NCBI GenBank assembly: GCA_019358935.1
Contig: JAHHIK010000142.1
Location: 1-17,621, forward strand
Origin: Tolypothrix carrinoi HA7290-LM1
GTDB lineage: Bacteria; Cyanobacteriota; Cyanobacteriia; Cyanobacteriales; Nostocaceae
Direction of reading: 5' to 3'
Length of the DNA stretch: 17,621 nucleotides
Positions 16,276 through 17,621 of this stretch are shown here, piece by piece. The notes beneath the pieces were generated by a model. It was not told the DNA's origin, did not search any database, and was given only the letters and a program-made list of their open reading frames with translations. Numbering within the stretch: the first letter of the stretch is position 1; each line of letters begins with the position of its first letter. Made by a program: the position numbers and the translations under genes.

Positions 16276-17202
16276 ATGCTTCAATCATTAATTGAGCCGT
16301 TGCAATATGGCTTTATGCAGCGATCGCTTGTAATTGCGATTTTAGTTGGTTTGTTGTGTGCGATTGTTGGCAGCTATTTGATGGTGCAGCGATTAGCTTT
16401 GCTGGGTGATGCTATCAGTCACTCGGTTTTGCCAGGATTGGCGATCGCCTTTTTGTTGGGTGGAAATATTTTTATTGGGGCATTTATTGCGGGTGTCATC
16501 AGTACAATGGCGATCGCTTGGATTAAAACGCGATCGCCTATCAAAGAAGACGCAGCAATGGGGATAGTTTTTTCAGCATTTTTTGCTCTTGGTGTCACTC
16601 TAATTACTGTCATTCAAAAAGATAATAAAATTGACCTCAACCACTTTCTTTTTGGTAATATTCTCAGTGTGACAGTTGACGAAGTTAGAGACACATCAAT
16701 CATCGCTGCGATAGTGTTGCTAGTCGTCTTTTTATTATACAAAGAACTGTTATTTTACACCTTTGACCCTTTAGGCGCTCAAGCTGCTGGATTGCCAGTA
16801 AATCGGCTGAATTTTGGATTAATGCTGCTGATTGCTTTAACAATTGTCGCCAGCATGAAAGCTGTAGGTGTGATTTTAGTTTTATCACTTTTAATAACAC
16901 CAGGAGCAACTGCTTATCTATTAGTTAAACGCTTGCATCAAGTAATGATTTTGGGGGCAGGAATTGGCGTAATTTCTAGTATTAGCGGTATGTATCTGAG
17001 CTATTTTTATAATTTGCCCTCAGGACCTGCGATTGTTTTGGTAGTATCAGGATTGTTTTTCTTGACATTTTTATTTAGTCCCCAACACGGTGTTTTTACT
17101 TATCGTCAAGGAAATTTATCTCGCGTAAAGATAAGCCAGCGCCGTGCGGGGGTGGAGGAGTTTGAGGCGATGAAAGCGCAAATACGCGAAGAAGAACAAT
17201 AA
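16276..17202 (+). CDS. mntB: Mn ABC transporter permease
   Basis: [43 protein letters not shown]; multiple transmembrane segments. Confidence 0.88.
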   Translation: MLQSLIEPLQYGFMQRSLVIAILVGLLCAIVGSYLMVQRLALLGDAISHSVLPGLAIAFLLGGNIFIGAFIAGVISTMAIAWIKTRSPIKEDAAMGIVFSAFFALGVTLITVIQKDNKIDLNHFLFGNILSVTVDEVRDTSIIAAIVLLVVFLLYKELLFYTFDPLGAQAAGLPVNRLNFGLMLLIALTIVASMKAVGVILVLSLLITPGATAYLLVKRLHQVMILGAGIGVISSISGMYLSYFYNLPSGPAIVLVVSGLFFLTFLFSPQHGVFTYRQGNLSRVKISQRRAGVEEFEAMKAQIREEEQ

Positions 17203-17282
17203 AAAGAATGAAAGCAAGATGTTTTATACTTATAGGTAAAACACTTAATTTAGTTTTTTACTATGCCCTACAGTCAATTTAA

Positions 17283-17520
17283 TAGGACTTACGCAAAGTC
17301 ACGCATGGAACGAACCGCAGAGTCCGCAGAGAACACAGAGAAATAAGAGTTTGGGAGAGGACGCAGTAGGGTGCGTTGTGCAAGAGCGCAACGCACCTTG
17401 CACAGGCGTTGGTGCGTTAGCTAAAAGCATAACGCACCCTACAATTTAAGCACTGGCTCCCCTACAATTTAAGTTTATTAACTAAAATACTTATAATTCA
17501 GGACTTACGCAACTGGCACA
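17283..17520. mobile_element. Composite repeat cluster: MITE-like left part, REP doublet and a further TIR copy
   Basis: TAGGACTTACGCAA at 17283; CGAACCGCAGAG..CGCAGAGAACACAGAG at 17311; inverted GTAG-REP pair at 17366-17442; duplicated CCCTACAATTTAAG (17437, 17460); CAGGACTTACGCAA at 17499. Confidence 0.75.
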
Positions 17521-17621
17521 TTGCGATCGCCAATTAGTAGTAATTTAGTACTAGAAACAAGTATTTCTGAAATCAGCCCTTTTTAGAATTGTTGATAGAA
17601 ATGAATCAAGTAGATTCCGGG

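Noticed and set aside
16044..16295. 83-aa ORF with GHWAL and CPP repeats, superficially metallothionein-like within a metal operon
   Set aside because: It is derived entirely from heptamer and nonamer repeats and overlaps both neighbouring genes.
2896..16909. Remaining 60-110-aa ORFs antisense to or nested in long genes
   Set aside because: No recognisable motifs, and each overlaps a well-supported CDS or regulatory region.

Overview
Chromosomal window from a heterocyst-type filamentous cyanobacterium (Nostocales-like), judged from roughly 20 or more HIP1 GCGATCGC sites, STRR tandem repeats, and a patX gene with a DIF1 promoter. The left 2.4 kb is nested mobile-element debris. The 3' end and right-end hairpin of an IS200/IS605-type tnpB element abut a truncated, frameshifted IS110 transposase, followed by an unannotated degenerate tyrosine-integrase fragment and broken ORFs. 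The core block is FAD oxidoreductase, patX (RGSGR peptide), ferritin-like protein, SAM methyltransferase, gifA><glnA, apcF, tlyA><CP12, a DUF697-type GTPase, an acidic hypothetical protein and divergent mntC/mntAB, with readable NtcA, DIF1 and ManR-type sites. Most notable: the tnpB element sits inside an IS110 transposase gene, so its predicted omegaRNA guide would be IS110 coding sequence. There are also nested MITE/REP-like repeats, some of them incorporated into coding sequence. All family assignments come from motif recognition by eye, not from database searches.
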